Part shown: one piece after another, positions 1 to 9,940 of the stretch | Numbering within the stretch: the stretch's first letter is position 1 | How the letters are laid out: every line of letters begins with the position of its first letter | DNA from: Candidatus Nitrosopelagicus sp. | Lineage (GTDB): Archaea > Thermoproteota > Nitrososphaeria > Nitrososphaerales > Nitrosopumilaceae | Direction of reading: 5' to 3' | DNA: 64,000 bases | NCBI GenBank assembly: GCA_022450565.1 | Contig: JAKUOP010000010.1 | Span: 10,629-74,628, forward strand | Program-made: the position numbers and the translations under genes | The notes under the pieces: generated by a model | The model's database searches: none | Seen by the model: only the letters and a program-made list of their open reading frames with translations | What the model was told of the DNA's origin: nothing

Positions 1-1
1 A

Positions 2-502
2 ATGGTTGTAGGTGGAATGATGATAGAGCATGAGAAACAAAAAGTCTCATTTCAAACTGTTTTATCAGAATCTGAATTTGAAGATCGTAAATTATTACTA
101 GTCAAGGCTGAAGGACCAAATGCAACTGTAGGCAGACTTGGGGAAGCAGTTGAAAAAATTTTTTCAGCGAATAAACCTGACTTGATAATAATGGTTGACG
201 CATCATTAAAGTTAGAAGGTGAAGATTCAGCATCTATAGCTAAAGGTTTTGGTGCTGCAATGGGTGGAATTGGAACTGATAGATTTCAAATTGAAGATAT
301 TGCAACTAATAATAGTATTCCTATATTGGCAATTGTCATAAAGCAATCAATACATGAAGCACTAACAATTATGACAAAAGGAATTGCTGATCAGGCCTCA
401 TCTGTTAGATTAGAAATTCAAGAAATGATTAGAGATAACACACAGCCAAAACAGACTGTTATGATAATTGGGGTTGGCAATACATTAGGTGTATCACAAT
501 GA
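2..502 (+). CDS. DUF1512-family protein, C-terminal part (5' end outside window)
   Basis: ORF track; C-terminal IIGVGNTLGVSQ and DASLKLEGEDS...GFGAAMGG segments resemble the archaeal DUF1512 family. Confidence 0.65.
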   Translation: MVVGGMMIEHEKQKVSFQTVLSESEFEDRKLLLVKAEGPNATVGRLGEAVEKIFSANKPDLIIMVDASLKLEGEDSASIAKGFGAAMGGIGTDRFQIEDIATNNSIPILAIVIKQSIHEALTIMTKGIADQASSVRLEIQEMIRDNTQPKQTVMIIGVGNTLGVSQ

Positions 503-681
503 AAGACGCAGACAAAAAATTTACTGTTAGTTATACCAACTTGGAATGTAAATCATGTAAGAAATCATTAACAAGAAAATTTGAGAGTGGCGATATTGTT
601 TTTGAAGAGAATGGAACGTGTGATGAATGTGACGGTAATTTATTGATTGTAAAAATATTTGGCGAAGTTATTGGCCAATAG
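499..681 (+). CDS. small zinc-ribbon protein
   Basis: 60 aa with CKSC and CDEC pairs; ATGA overlap with upstream ORF. Confidence 0.6.
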   Translation: MKDADKKFTVSYTNLECKSCKKSLTRKFESGDIVFEENGTCDECDGNLLIVKIFGEVIGQ

Positions 682-1564
682 TAGTGATTGTAACCCCATT
701 TTCATTTGGAATAAATGTATGTTCTGCTTGTGTGACTCTTTTTCCATTACCTTCTACCAAAACAGGATATGCATGAACTGCTTTCTTTTTTATTAGTATA
801 TCCATAAGATTTCTTGCTTCATTTTCTTCCCATTCTTCAAGTAGCCATCTTAATGCAAATGGAAGTAGATTGAAGTTCTGCCAAATATAATCTAGCATCC
901 TATCAGCCTCTTTGTCTTTTGTTTTCTTTCTTGACGCTAATGCAAAAATATTTTTTACTTTTCCCTCGTGAACAAAACCTAACCCTTCTCCAGTTGTAAC
1001 AAATGGTTCACATGCAAAAGCTTGATTCTCTGTAAATGAGAATGAGCCTATGGACCAAATATTTGGAACTGACTTTCCAGCATGAATTGTATATTGTTCC
1101 AAAGAATGTCCACTTAAATTTGCAATTGGAAGATATCCAGATTGTTTTATTGTTTTTTCAATTGTTCTTCCAACATCACTTGACTTCACACCAATCTTAA
1201 TCATTGACATTGCATTATTTAACGCAGATTCTGCAACTTGAACAAGATGATCATATTCTGGATTATAGCATACTGTCACTGCGGTATCTGCTATGTATCC
1301 ATTAATCTGTGCACCCAAATCAATTTTGACCAGATCATCATCTGAAATTGTAAGTTGATCATTTGGTTCGGCAGTATAGTGTGCAGCAACCTCGTTTAAA
1401 CTAGTATTTACTGGAAACGCACATTTTGCGCCACGTTTTTTTATTTCACTTTCAACTTCTTCACATATTTCATAAACAGTTTTTCCAACCCAGTTTTTCT
1501 TTCTAGTATTTTCACGAACCTCACCAGCAATTTTACCTGCTTTTATGTAATCTTCTATTTCCAT
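668..1564 (-). CDS. map: methionine aminopeptidase type II
   Basis: AAHYT, KIDLGAQINGYIADTA, GHSLEQYTIHAG, EPF and QAEHT metal-binding motifs. Confidence 0.95.
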   Translation of the reverse strand: MEIEDYIKAGKIAGEVRENTRKKNWVGKTVYEICEEVESEIKKRGAKCAFPVNTSLNEVAAHYTAEPNDQLTISDDDLVKIDLGAQINGYIADTAVTVCYNPEYDHLVQVAESALNNAMSMIKIGVKSSDVGRTIEKTIKQSGYLPIANLSGHSLEQYTIHAGKSVPNIWSIGSFSFTENQAFACEPFVTTGEGLGFVHEGKVKNIFALASRKKTKDKEADRMLDYIWQNFNLLPFALRWLLEEWEENEARNLMDILIKKKAVHAYPVLVEGNGKRVTQAEHTFIPNENGVTITTIGQ

Positions 1565-1636
1565 ACAGGAATAATTTTTCTAACTCATTTAAAATCTATT
1601 TGTGTAGCTTAAATTGGGGCAATTTTGTATCTCACT

Positions 1637-1710
1637 GGGATTGTGGTCTAGCTTGGTATGATTCTGCGTTTGGGTCGCAGAGGTCGAGTGTTCAAATCAC
1701 TCCAATCCCA
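1637..1710 (+). tRNA. tRNA-Pro(TGG)
   Basis: Acceptor GGGATTG/CAATCCC; anticodon arm CTGCG-TTTGGGT-CGCAG; T-loop GTTCAAAT; no intron or encoded CCA. Confidence 0.95.
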
Positions 1711-1746
1711 TCTTAAATTTTAATACATGCAATTTCAAGTGTAATT

Positions 1747-1816
1747 GCCAGACAATGAAGACGAGTTAGAGTAATGACTTTAGAATGAAGGAAACTTATT
1801 GGCTCTGAGTCTTGGC
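1747..1816 (+). ncRNA. box C/D 2'-O-methylation guide sRNA (putative)
   Basis: Box C ATGAAGA 1755-1761, 12-nt guide, D' ATGA 1774-1777, C' ATGAAGG 1785-1791, 13-nt guide, box D CTGA 1805-1808; terminal stem GCCAGAC/GTCTTGGC. Confidence 0.75.
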
Positions 1817-1852
1817 ATAACTTTTTATCAAATTGAACCATCGAAAAAATAA

Positions 1853-2098
1853 TTGGGCTTTGAAAGACGTAGCATACTTCTAATCGTGGGAATTCTGTTT
1901 CTACTTATAGGTTTGATTGGAGCCGGCTTACCTCCAATATATGCAATAATTATCTCAGTTGTAATTTATGTAGGAATTAAGATTTTTGTGGGTAGACGTA
2001 AAAAAATGATTGCAGAATCAGTTGGAGAAGGAATATGCGTTAAATGTGGTGAAAAGGTGGTCAATAAGAAATGCCCAAACTGTGACGCTAAATCTTGA
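1853..2098 (+). CDS. small membrane protein with C-terminal zinc ribbon
   Basis: Two hydrophobic segments followed by CVKC...CPNC; TTG start. Confidence 0.65.
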   Translation: MGFERRSILLIVGILFLLIGLIGAGLPPIYAIIISVVIYVGIKIFVGRRKKMIAESVGEGICVKCGEKVVNKKCPNCDAKS

Positions 2099-2234
2099 TA
2101 ATTCATGCGTTTTGTTTATACGTCTGTGTGTAAATTCTATCTGATTTGCACCAAACATGTATGACTTTAACAAAAAGATCAACTTTTTCTCAATCAGAAT
2201 TTATTATTCTTAAAATCTTGATAATAGATAGCAT

Positions 2235-3668
2235 ATGTACGTAAAAATTTCGATAATTAGCTTATTTGCTCTTCTTTTAGTTGGAGGTGTTTCAACACAA
2301 TCAATGGTTTTTGGTGACCCAGCATTTAATGTTCCAGACAAATATTCACCAGAATCTGAATGTTCACTACCTGATGAGGCCATTACATTTTCTCTGGATA
2401 AAGACGTGTATCAATTAGGAGATGAAATAAAAATTTCAGGGCAAGTTATTCCAGCGCAATCAACTAACCTTGCTGACCAGTCAAAACACAATGTTTACGT
2501 AACATTTCCTTATGCTAAGTCCATATTCATTACTCCATCAGATGATCGTACAGCAAACGCTCAATCTTCATCAACGTATGATTCTGATAATGCATCATCA
2601 ATGGAACAAACTACTTCACTTTCAATACTTGACACTACATTGCGTATTGATGAATGTGGAAATTTTGAAACATCAGTAAAGGTTATACCACTAGTTTTCA
2701 AGAACGGCTTTTACGTTCTTAATATAAAATACCAACATGCAGAAGTTCAAACCAACGTTTTTGTTTTAGACGAAGAGATGCAAAAAGGATGTTTCAAAGC
2801 AAATAGTTTTCTATCTGAAAGTGGAAGATGCGGTGATTACAAAGGTGATGATTCTGATGTAGAATTATCAGCAGCACCAATGCCTGAAATAATTTTAACA
2901 TCTGACAAAGACGAATATCTTCCTGGCGAAAAAGTAAAAATTTCAGGACAAATTAAGAACGCTATTTTTAATGACACTGTTGAACTTGCAATAGAATCAT
3001 CAACAGCATCTGATAACAACCAACTAAATACAGAATCAGTCGCTTTACGTGGGACTGAACCTATCTTCACTTGGAAATATGAAATTCCAAGCGGTGCTAG
3101 TGGAATAGGAACCTATTCAATTATTGCAAATACTCATTTAGATTCAGTTACCAAGACTTTCACTGTAAATGATGAATCAATTGTAACCGAATTTGCAGCA
3201 CAAAAAACTACCGAGTCCCCTACTTTGCCAGTAAAGAAAATTATTGAAAAGCATAATAGAATAACTGTTTCACAGGTCCAAATTTCATTAGATGAGAAGG
3301 TTTCTGATGAGCAGACGTTGTTACCAAGAGTAATTCAGGGCTCATTGTTTACTGCAGCACGTGGTGATGAGTCTTCTGTTAACATCCAAATCACAACTTC
3401 AGCAGGAGATTGTGTGATTGGTCAAGACTCTGGCTGTGCAGTTAATGATTCCACCAGAAAGCCGGGCTCAATTTATGATGAGGTCCAAATTGATGGTAAA
3501 AATTACAATGTTAGATACAGTGGAACAGATGTCCGACTAGAGAAATTCACCATAATTCCTGCAGAATCTAACACTCAAATAGATATGAAAAATTGGAGTG
3601 TGAGCATACTGAAAGATGATCAACCAACTAAATTCTATTATAAAGTATCGTATGTTTTACTTGAGTAA
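2235..3668 (+). CDS. secreted/surface protein with two Ig-like (DKxxYxxGxxxxISGQ) repeats
   Basis: N-terminal signal-like segment; SLDKDVYQLGDEIKISGQV and TSDKDEYLPGEKVKISGQI repeats. Confidence 0.6.
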   Translation: MYVKISIISLFALLLVGGVSTQSMVFGDPAFNVPDKYSPESECSLPDEAITFSLDKDVYQLGDEIKISGQVIPAQSTNLADQSKHNVYVTFPYAKSIFITPSDDRTANAQSSSTYDSDNASSMEQTTSLSILDTTLRIDECGNFETSVKVIPLVFKNGFYVLNIKYQHAEVQTNVFVLDEEMQKGCFKANSFLSESGRCGDYKGDDSDVELSAAPMPEIILTSDKDEYLPGEKVKISGQIKNAIFNDTVELAIESSTASDNNQLNTESVALRGTEPIFTWKYEIPSGASGIGTYSIIANTHLDSVTKTFTVNDESIVTEFAAQKTTESPTLPVKKIIEKHNRITVSQVQISLDEKVSDEQTLLPRVIQGSLFTAARGDESSVNIQITTSAGDCVIGQDSGCAVNDSTRKPGSIYDEVQIDGKNYNVRYSGTDVRLEKFTIIPAESNTQIDMKNWSVSILKDDQPTKFYYKVSYVLLE

Positions 3669-3699
3669 AATAAAATAAAAGACATTATCTTCCAAAAAT

Positions 3700-4194
3700 A
3701 TGAAAGTCAATGTTTTGATGTTCAATCAGGATGATCCAAAGAAATGTACAGCTGCAAAATTACTAAGGTTTGGTCTAGTTAAAAAAATTATAAAAACCTC
3801 ACCAACTACACTTCTATTACATCCATATGCAAAAACTACCCTGCTATCTAGTGACAAAGATACAGTTCGCTCAATTACTGGAATTGACTGCTCTTGGAAT
3901 TATGCAGATGATGTGTTTGAAAAAAAATTTGATGGAGTATCTAGAAAACTACCGCCACTTTTAGCTGGAAATCCAGTGAATTATTCAAAACTAAACAAGT
4001 TAACTACGGCTGAAGCAATGGCATCTGCCGCATTTTTACTTGGGCATGAGTCATTATCACACCAATTAATGGAGAAATTCAATTGGGGGCATACTTTCTT
4101 TGAATTAAACGAAAATCTTCTAAACGACTACAAAAAAGCCATATCAGAAGAAGAGATAAGCACAATTATTCATGAGTATGGCTATCAAGTTTAA
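3700..4194 (+). CDS. tsr3: rRNA aminocarboxypropyltransferase Tsr3 (DUF367)
   Basis: DDPKKCTAAKL, GIDCSW, LLAGNPVNY and KFNWGHTFFELN motifs. Confidence 0.9.
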   Translation: MKVNVLMFNQDDPKKCTAAKLLRFGLVKKIIKTSPTTLLLHPYAKTTLLSSDKDTVRSITGIDCSWNYADDVFEKKFDGVSRKLPPLLAGNPVNYSKLNKLTTAEAMASAAFLLGHESLSHQLMEKFNWGHTFFELNENLLNDYKKAISEEEISTIIHEYGYQV

Positions 4195-4266
4195 TCAATT
4201 TGTTTATCTTTACAATATAATCAACATACTATAGGGATTTATACTAGCATATTTCAGACGGGACGG

Positions 4267-6636
4267 ATGACATTTGAAAAATCAAGTTCAGGATTAGTAC
4301 GTAGTCTTTCACTAAAAGACTCGGTAATGATTGGTGTAGCCTCTATGATAGGTGGCGCTATTTTCGTTCTAGTCGGTCCAGGTATGGCCGAAGCTGGACC
4401 TGCATTAATGATTGCATTTTTGATAAATGGTGTAGTTACATTGTTCACTGCACTGACATATGCTGAATTAGGCTCTGCATTTCCTGCAACTGGTGGCGGT
4501 TATAAATGGGTGAAACAAGGACTCCCAAGACCTAACTCATATCTTAGTGGATGGATGGCATGGTTTGGTCATACAATTGCAGGAAGTTTGTATGCAGTTG
4601 CGTTTGGTGCATTCTTTGCACACTTGTTAAAAACTGGTGGTTTTATCGCAGATGATATTTCATTTCCAGTTGATAAGTTGTTTGCAGCTATTGCAATTAT
4701 AATTTTTGTACTTGTAAATGTAAGAGGTTCATCTGATACGGGAAAAGTTGGTAATGCCATAACATTTACCCAACTTGCAATAATTGGAATTTTAATTGGA
4801 GCCGCTGTTATTGCAATGGCATTTGCAAATCCAAATTGGACTGAGAACTATTCCGATTTTATTCCTGCAGGTGTGACTGGAATTGCTCTAGCAATGGGTC
4901 TTACGTTTATAGCATTTGAAGGATATGAAATAATCTCCCAAGCTGGAGACGAAATTAAAAATCCAAAGAAGAACATTCCACGTGCCATTTTATTGTCACT
5001 TGCAATAGTAGTTACAACATACATTATTTTCACCTTTGTCTTCATTGGCGGTTTGAATCCAGATGTTATTGGAATGCCGTCTTGGGAGTTTATTGGCGGA
5101 TTTGGAGAATTTGGAATTATTGAATCCGCAGAATATTTCTTACCATTTGGGGCATTAATTGTATTATTTGGTGGACTTGTTTCAACATTATCAGCACTAA
5201 ATGCTACAACATTTGCAGCAAGCCGTGTATCATTTGCAATGGGCACTCAGTATAACCTTCCACACTTTTTTAGCAAAATACATCCAAAATTCCATACTCC
5301 ATTTATTGCGACAATAATTTCTGGTGCAATAATGATGTTTCTTGCACTCAGTATGGATCTTACTGCAATTGCATTTGCAGCAAGTGTCATGTTTCTTTTC
5401 TTATTCACTCAGGTTAACCTTGCCTCAATTACTATCAGACGCTTGTATTCGAAGACTGTGGAATATGGATTTAAGACTCCATTGTTTCCATTAATACCAG
5501 TAGTTGGAATTATTACAGCACTGGGGCTTTCAATATATCTTCTATTTTCACACCCAGAAAGCTGGTTAATTGCAATAATTTGGATAGCAATTGGTTTTTT
5601 CATTTATAAATTTTATACATCAAAGCAAGAATTAGATCACAATGCACCACTTGTTTTTTCCCAAGGTCCATCACTGAGAAAAAAATATCGAATTTTAATT
5701 ATATTTGATAAAAAAACTTCTGCGAGATTTTTCCAGATTGCCAACGCTATTGCAAAACAAAAGGATGGTGAGATTACAATTTTACATGTAGTAAATATAC
5801 CACGACAAACTCCCCTTTCACTTACACACGGGTTTGGTCAAAATGGCCTTAAAGAAATTGAGGACTTTAAAAAATCAATTCATGGTTCACTGCGCATCAG
5901 ATTTTTAGTTAGATTAGCACATGATCCTACTGAGGCAATACTATCAACTGCAGAAGAGCAAGACATCAACACAATGTTAGTTGATTTTTCTTTCCTTCGT
6001 AATAATAAAAAATTATTTTCATTATCAACTTGTGATATTATTGGATTAAGATTAAGAAAAAACTTTGATACTGATGTAAATAACATAATTGTCTCATATG
6101 ATAAAGGAAGGCATAGTGATCTAGGATTAGAACTTGCAACTTCCATTTCTGACTCATATTCGGGCAAAATTAGAATTGTCAGAGGCGTAGTGGAAGATCC
6201 TGAAAGAGAATTAGAAATTATTGGCAGGATTAACGAGAAAATGTTTGATCTTAATCTTTCAAAAGTGCCTTTTGAAAAAGTATATTCAGATTCGCAAATA
6301 ATTCCTGAGCTCCTAAAGAATTTCAAAAAAGACAAAGCAGCAATTGTTATCATTGGTGCAGGAAATCAGTCTGAAACTGCGTTCAGTCCTAAGACACTGC
6401 AATTATTGGATAAAACATCAAAAAGCGTAATAGTGGTACGAAATCATAGATTTTCTGAATTACATACACGCTCCATCTGGAACATCATTTCACCATATCT
6501 AAGGGAAAATAAGTACATCTACAGATTCTATGTAGAGTTTATGGAAGTATTCTACTTTACTAGAAGCAAATCCAGACGTGGAAAATATGACGAACGTTAC
6601 TTTGATGCCAAATTAAAGAGGGATAAGTTCAAATAA
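4267..6636 (+). CDS. APC-family amino acid permease with C-terminal universal-stress-protein-like domains
   Basis: GSMIGGAIF-type TM1, ~12 TM helices, FEGYE/DEIKNPKKNIPRA; soluble C-terminus with two USP-like units. Confidence 0.85.
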   Translation: MTFEKSSSGLVRSLSLKDSVMIGVASMIGGAIFVLVGPGMAEAGPALMIAFLINGVVTLFTALTYAELGSAFPATGGGYKWVKQGLPRPNSYLSGWMAWFGHTIAGSLYAVAFGAFFAHLLKTGGFIADDISFPVDKLFAAIAIIIFVLVNVRGSSDTGKVGNAITFTQLAIIGILIGAAVIAMAFANPNWTENYSDFIPAGVTGIALAMGLTFIAFEGYEIISQAGDEIKNPKKNIPRAILLSLAIVVTTYIIFTFVFIGGLNPDVIGMPSWEFIGGFGEFGIIESAEYFLPFGALIVLFGGLVSTLSALNATTFAASRVSFAMGTQYNLPHFFSKIHPKFHTPFIATIISGAIMMFLALSMDLTAIAFAASVMFLFLFTQVNLASITIRRLYSKTVEYGFKTPLFPLIPVVGIITALGLSIYLLFSHPESWLIAIIWIAIGFFIYKFYTSKQELDHNAPLVFSQGPSLRKKYRILIIFDKKTSARFFQIANAIAKQKDGEITILHVVNIPRQTPLSLTHGFGQNGLKEIEDFKKSIHGSLRIRFLVRLAHDPTEAILSTAEEQDINTMLVDFSFLRNNKKLFSLSTCDIIGLRLRKNFDTDVNNIIVSYDKGRHSDLGLELATSISDSYSGKIRIVRGVVEDPERELEIIGRINEKMFDLNLSKVPFEKVYSDSQIIPELLKNFKKDKAAIVIIGAGNQSETAFSPKTLQLLDKTSKSVIVVRNHRFSELHTRSIWNIISPYLRENKYIYRFYVEFMEVFYFTRSKSRRGKYDERYFDAKLKRDKFK

Positions 6637-6659
6637 TTTCAAAACATCTGACTCATACT

Positions 6660-6944
6660 AGTGTGAGCTGGTGTACGAATACTGCTAAGGCAGAGGAAAC
6701 TCCTCTCTCCGTGTAGAATTTGTGATCTGGTGATGGATAGTCAGAGATGGCTGGCAACAGAGCAGAAAAAATCCAAATTGGAGTGTACAGTGATGACAAA
6801 ATCTGAGGTTTCCAATAATGGAATGAAAAATCTGTCCCACAAGGAGCAAGGCCAAACAGAACTATAGGATTCTACACCTGGTTCAGGTAGGCTGCAAAGC
6901 GAAATATCGTATAAAACAGAAAGAGGGTTACGGCCAGCACACAC
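6660..6944 (+). ncRNA. rnpB: RNase P RNA
   Basis: CR-I GAGGAAACTCCTCTC and CR-V AACAGAAAGAGGGTTA form P4 with a bulged U; P1 GTGTG(A)GCTGG/CCAGCACAC closes ~285 nt. Confidence 0.9.
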
Positions 6945-8209
6945 TATTCAGGTTTCCAACCTTTTGGCATGGAACCTTTGTTGCTTGTTGGTTGTTCATC
7001 CTTCTTTTCTTCGACTTGTGGTTGATCATACACACTTCTTGTTTGTTCATAAGTTTCATCGTCAAGATATGATTCACCTCTGTTAGTTTTGTAACCGCCA
7101 GCGCCAGTACTTGTTGAAGCAGCTCTTAGTCTACCTGGATCAATACCTGATTGACCTTGTCCTTCATCCTTCTTTCTTTTCTTTTCACTAATAATGAAAA
7201 CTCCAATTCCAACTACTCCAGCCATTCCAGCCATACCATAAATAATCATAACTGGGAATTCTCCTGTTGCAGTTGTTGCAAATCCTTCTGGTGGTACTTT
7301 ACTTACACCAAACACTTCACTGTCTTGTAAAACATCTACTGATGCAAATCCACCAATGTGAACATTTGCAGAATCTGCAGATTCAATTGCTCGTATTGTG
7401 TATGTTTTATCGGATGTAAATGTAGCTTCATGTACTTTTTCTATTTGAATTCCTTCTCTAATACTACTTTCACCCATAGTATATGATGACCAAACTCTAC
7501 CTGCAAGTTCCTCTGACATTCCATAAGTTGCAGCATCTGCATTAATTCCTGTTGGGTCAAACAAAAAGTGCCAGTTACCAAGTGGCTGTGCTTTGATTCC
7601 AGTGGCATTCATTAACGGATAATTTAGAATTTGTTCTGCTTCTGAGCCTTTAACTGCAGAATACAATGATGGTGATGCTTGAGCAATATATGAAATTGGA
7701 ATGTTAATTTCATTATCCACACCTCTTACGTTAACATCAACAGGTCCATCTACTAAGAATCCTCTCCAGTCCATATCAATTAGACCAGGACTATTTTCAG
7801 CCATTGGTCGAATCATATGACCCTGAATTTCAAGTGAAAGTACAATTTTATAGTCAATTGATGTGTTTAATCCACGACCAGTTAACTGTGCATCATAGTC
7901 TAATTGCACATTAGTTACAACTGCATCACTGTCTGCCTCATTTTTTAGATAATAATTAATTCTGTCTCTAATTTCTTCAGAATTTGCAGAAAAAACTTTA
8001 GATGTTTTCATGCCTCTAAGTTCATCTGCAAGTTTTCCACCTTCCTCGTATTCTAGAAAGATAGTTCTTTGAAATTTCATTGTAACTTCAGCTGTTTCAC
8101 TCTCTGGAATCATCCTAAATTCCATTTGAGCTGCATATGCAGGAACAACTGTTAATGTTAACATCATAGCGATAAGAAATGATGATGCAAGAATTGTACC
8201 ACGAGACAC
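6944..8209 (-). CDS. membrane-anchored secreted hypothetical protein
   Basis: Signal peptide (PAYAA), C-terminal TM helix + KKRKK, charged cytoplasmic tail. Confidence 0.65.
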   Translation of the reverse strand: MSRGTILASSFLIAMMLTLTVVPAYAAQMEFRMIPESETAEVTMKFQRTIFLEYEEGGKLADELRGMKTSKVFSANSEEIRDRINYYLKNEADSDAVVTNVQLDYDAQLTGRGLNTSIDYKIVLSLEIQGHMIRPMAENSPGLIDMDWRGFLVDGPVDVNVRGVDNEINIPISYIAQASPSLYSAVKGSEAEQILNYPLMNATGIKAQPLGNWHFLFDPTGINADAATYGMSEELAGRVWSSYTMGESSIREGIQIEKVHEATFTSDKTYTIRAIESADSANVHIGGFASVDVLQDSEVFGVSKVPPEGFATTATGEFPVMIIYGMAGMAGVVGIGVFIISEKKRKKDEGQGQSGIDPGRLRAASTSTGAGGYKTNRGESYLDDETYEQTRSVYDQPQVEEKKDEQPTSNKGSMPKGWKPE

Positions 8210-8327
8210 GCAAACGGTTTATGATTAGAGTATATTAATTCTTTGAATTACATGCGTAGATTTCTATCTTCAAGTTGAAAAAGTAATATTAAGTGACGTT
8301 TTTGCATAATTGGTTTAGTGATTTATT

Positions 8328-9248
8328 GTGATTACAGTTTTAGCTGGTGGAACGGGTTCTGTAAAACTTGTACGTGGTTTAGCATCCCAAAGAAGTGACA
8401 TTACGGTGATTAGCAATGTTGGAGATAATTATTGGCTTTATGGTATGTATGTATGCCCTGACATCGACACAATCATTTATGGTTTGGCCGGAATTTTAGA
8501 TGAATCCCGTGGTTGGGGTGTAAAAAAAGACACAAATAATTTTCTTAGACAAATGGAAGTTTTTGGTGAAGAAACTTGGTTTAGAGTTGGAGATAGGGAT
8601 GCTGCTACACACTTGATTCGAACTAATATGTTAAAAAATGGAAAGAATCTTTCTGACATAACAACTTGGATGTGTGAAAAGTTCGCAATAGAAAGTAAAG
8701 TGATTCCTATAACTGATAATTCTGTTGAAACCAGAATAACATCAAATGATGAAGATCTTCATCTTCAAGAATATTGGGTGAAGCATCGCGGTAAGGGTCC
8801 AATTGAAGGAATTCAGTATATCGGTGCAGATAAATCAAGACCAAACCCAGCAGCCATAAATGCAATTCAAGATTCGGAACTTGTAATTATTGCACCTGGT
8901 AATCCATTGACTAGTATTGGACCAATGCTTGGAATTAAAGGTGTAAGGAAAGAATTATCAAAAAATAGAAAAAAGGTAATCGCCGTGAGCCCAATCATAG
9001 GCAATAAATCATTTAGTGGACCTGCGGGACAATATATGGAAGCTGCTGGAATACAAGTATCTGTTTTTGGTCTCGCACAGATGTATGCTGATGTTTGTTC
9101 CAAATTAGTTATTGATTCAAAAGATAAGGCACAAATCAAACAGATAGAAGCTATGGATCTAAAAGTTTATGATACTAAATTAAAAATGCAAAACAAGGTT
9201 TCTGAAGAAGCATTAGCATCATTCATTTTAAAACAAGTTAAAGTTTAG
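8328..9248 (+). CDS. cofD: 2-phospho-L-lactate transferase (F420 biosynthesis)
   Basis: LAGGTGSVKL, PDIDTIIYGLAG, GDRDAATH, PGNPLTSIGP, SFSGPA. Confidence 0.93.
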   Translation: MITVLAGGTGSVKLVRGLASQRSDITVISNVGDNYWLYGMYVCPDIDTIIYGLAGILDESRGWGVKKDTNNFLRQMEVFGEETWFRVGDRDAATHLIRTNMLKNGKNLSDITTWMCEKFAIESKVIPITDNSVETRITSNDEDLHLQEYWVKHRGKGPIEGIQYIGADKSRPNPAAINAIQDSELVIIAPGNPLTSIGPMLGIKGVRKELSKNRKKVIAVSPIIGNKSFSGPAGQYMEAAGIQVSVFGLAQMYADVCSKLVIDSKDKAQIKQIEAMDLKVYDTKLKMQNKVSEEALASFILKQVKV

Positions 9249-9249
9249 T

Positions 9250-9882
9250 TTGAAAACTTGTGCTATTATCCCAATAAAGTTATTTTCTAAAGCAAAGACT
9301 AGGTTACAACTTTCTACTGAAAATACTAAAATTCTTTGTCAAGTGTTACTTGAGGAAGTTTTAGAAACTATTTCACAATCATCACATATAGATAAAATTC
9401 TTCTTGTCTCAAAAGAGGATGAAGCGTTTAAGATTGGTAAAAAATTTGATTGTGTAGAAATTTTTGATGAAACAGAATCTGGTGTAAATAATGCGGTTAT
9501 GTTGGCAGACTCGTGGATATCTACTAACAGTTTTACTCGTTCAGTGATATTCCCTCAAGATATACCATTCATGACAACACATGATATTGATACGCTTTTC
9601 AATTTTTGTATACCTGAGAATTCTGTTATTTTGGTCCCATCCAGACATTTTGATGGTACTAATGCATTGATTAGAACCCCTAGTGATATAATGACTACAA
9701 GGTATGATGAAGGTAGTTACAGATCTCAGTTTGACTCTGCTGTAATCAAGACTAGTCACTATTCATTAGCACTGATTCAAAGAATCATGCTTGATATTGA
9801 CAGTCGTGATGATGTCAATTTTGCAATACAAAAAAACATGAAACCAGTAATCTGTGAGAAATTAAAGGAGATATTTTACTAA
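9250..9882 (+). CDS. cofC: 2-phospho-L-lactate guanylyltransferase
   Basis: IIPIKLFSKAKTRL, PQDIP, DGTNAL, DIDSRDD; directly follows cofD. Confidence 0.88.
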   Translation: MKTCAIIPIKLFSKAKTRLQLSTENTKILCQVLLEEVLETISQSSHIDKILLVSKEDEAFKIGKKFDCVEIFDETESGVNNAVMLADSWISTNSFTRSVIFPQDIPFMTTHDIDTLFNFCIPENSVILVPSRHFDGTNALIRTPSDIMTTRYDEGSYRSQFDSAVIKTSHYSLALIQRIMLDIDSRDDVNFAIQKNMKPVICEKLKEIFY

Positions 9883-9940
9883 CTAACTGTCAAACTATTT
9901 GTTATGAATTATTTATTATTGATTGGACATCTAATTTTTT

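Noticed and set aside
6741-6944. 67-aa minus-strand ORF
   Set aside because: Antisense to the RNase P RNA gene
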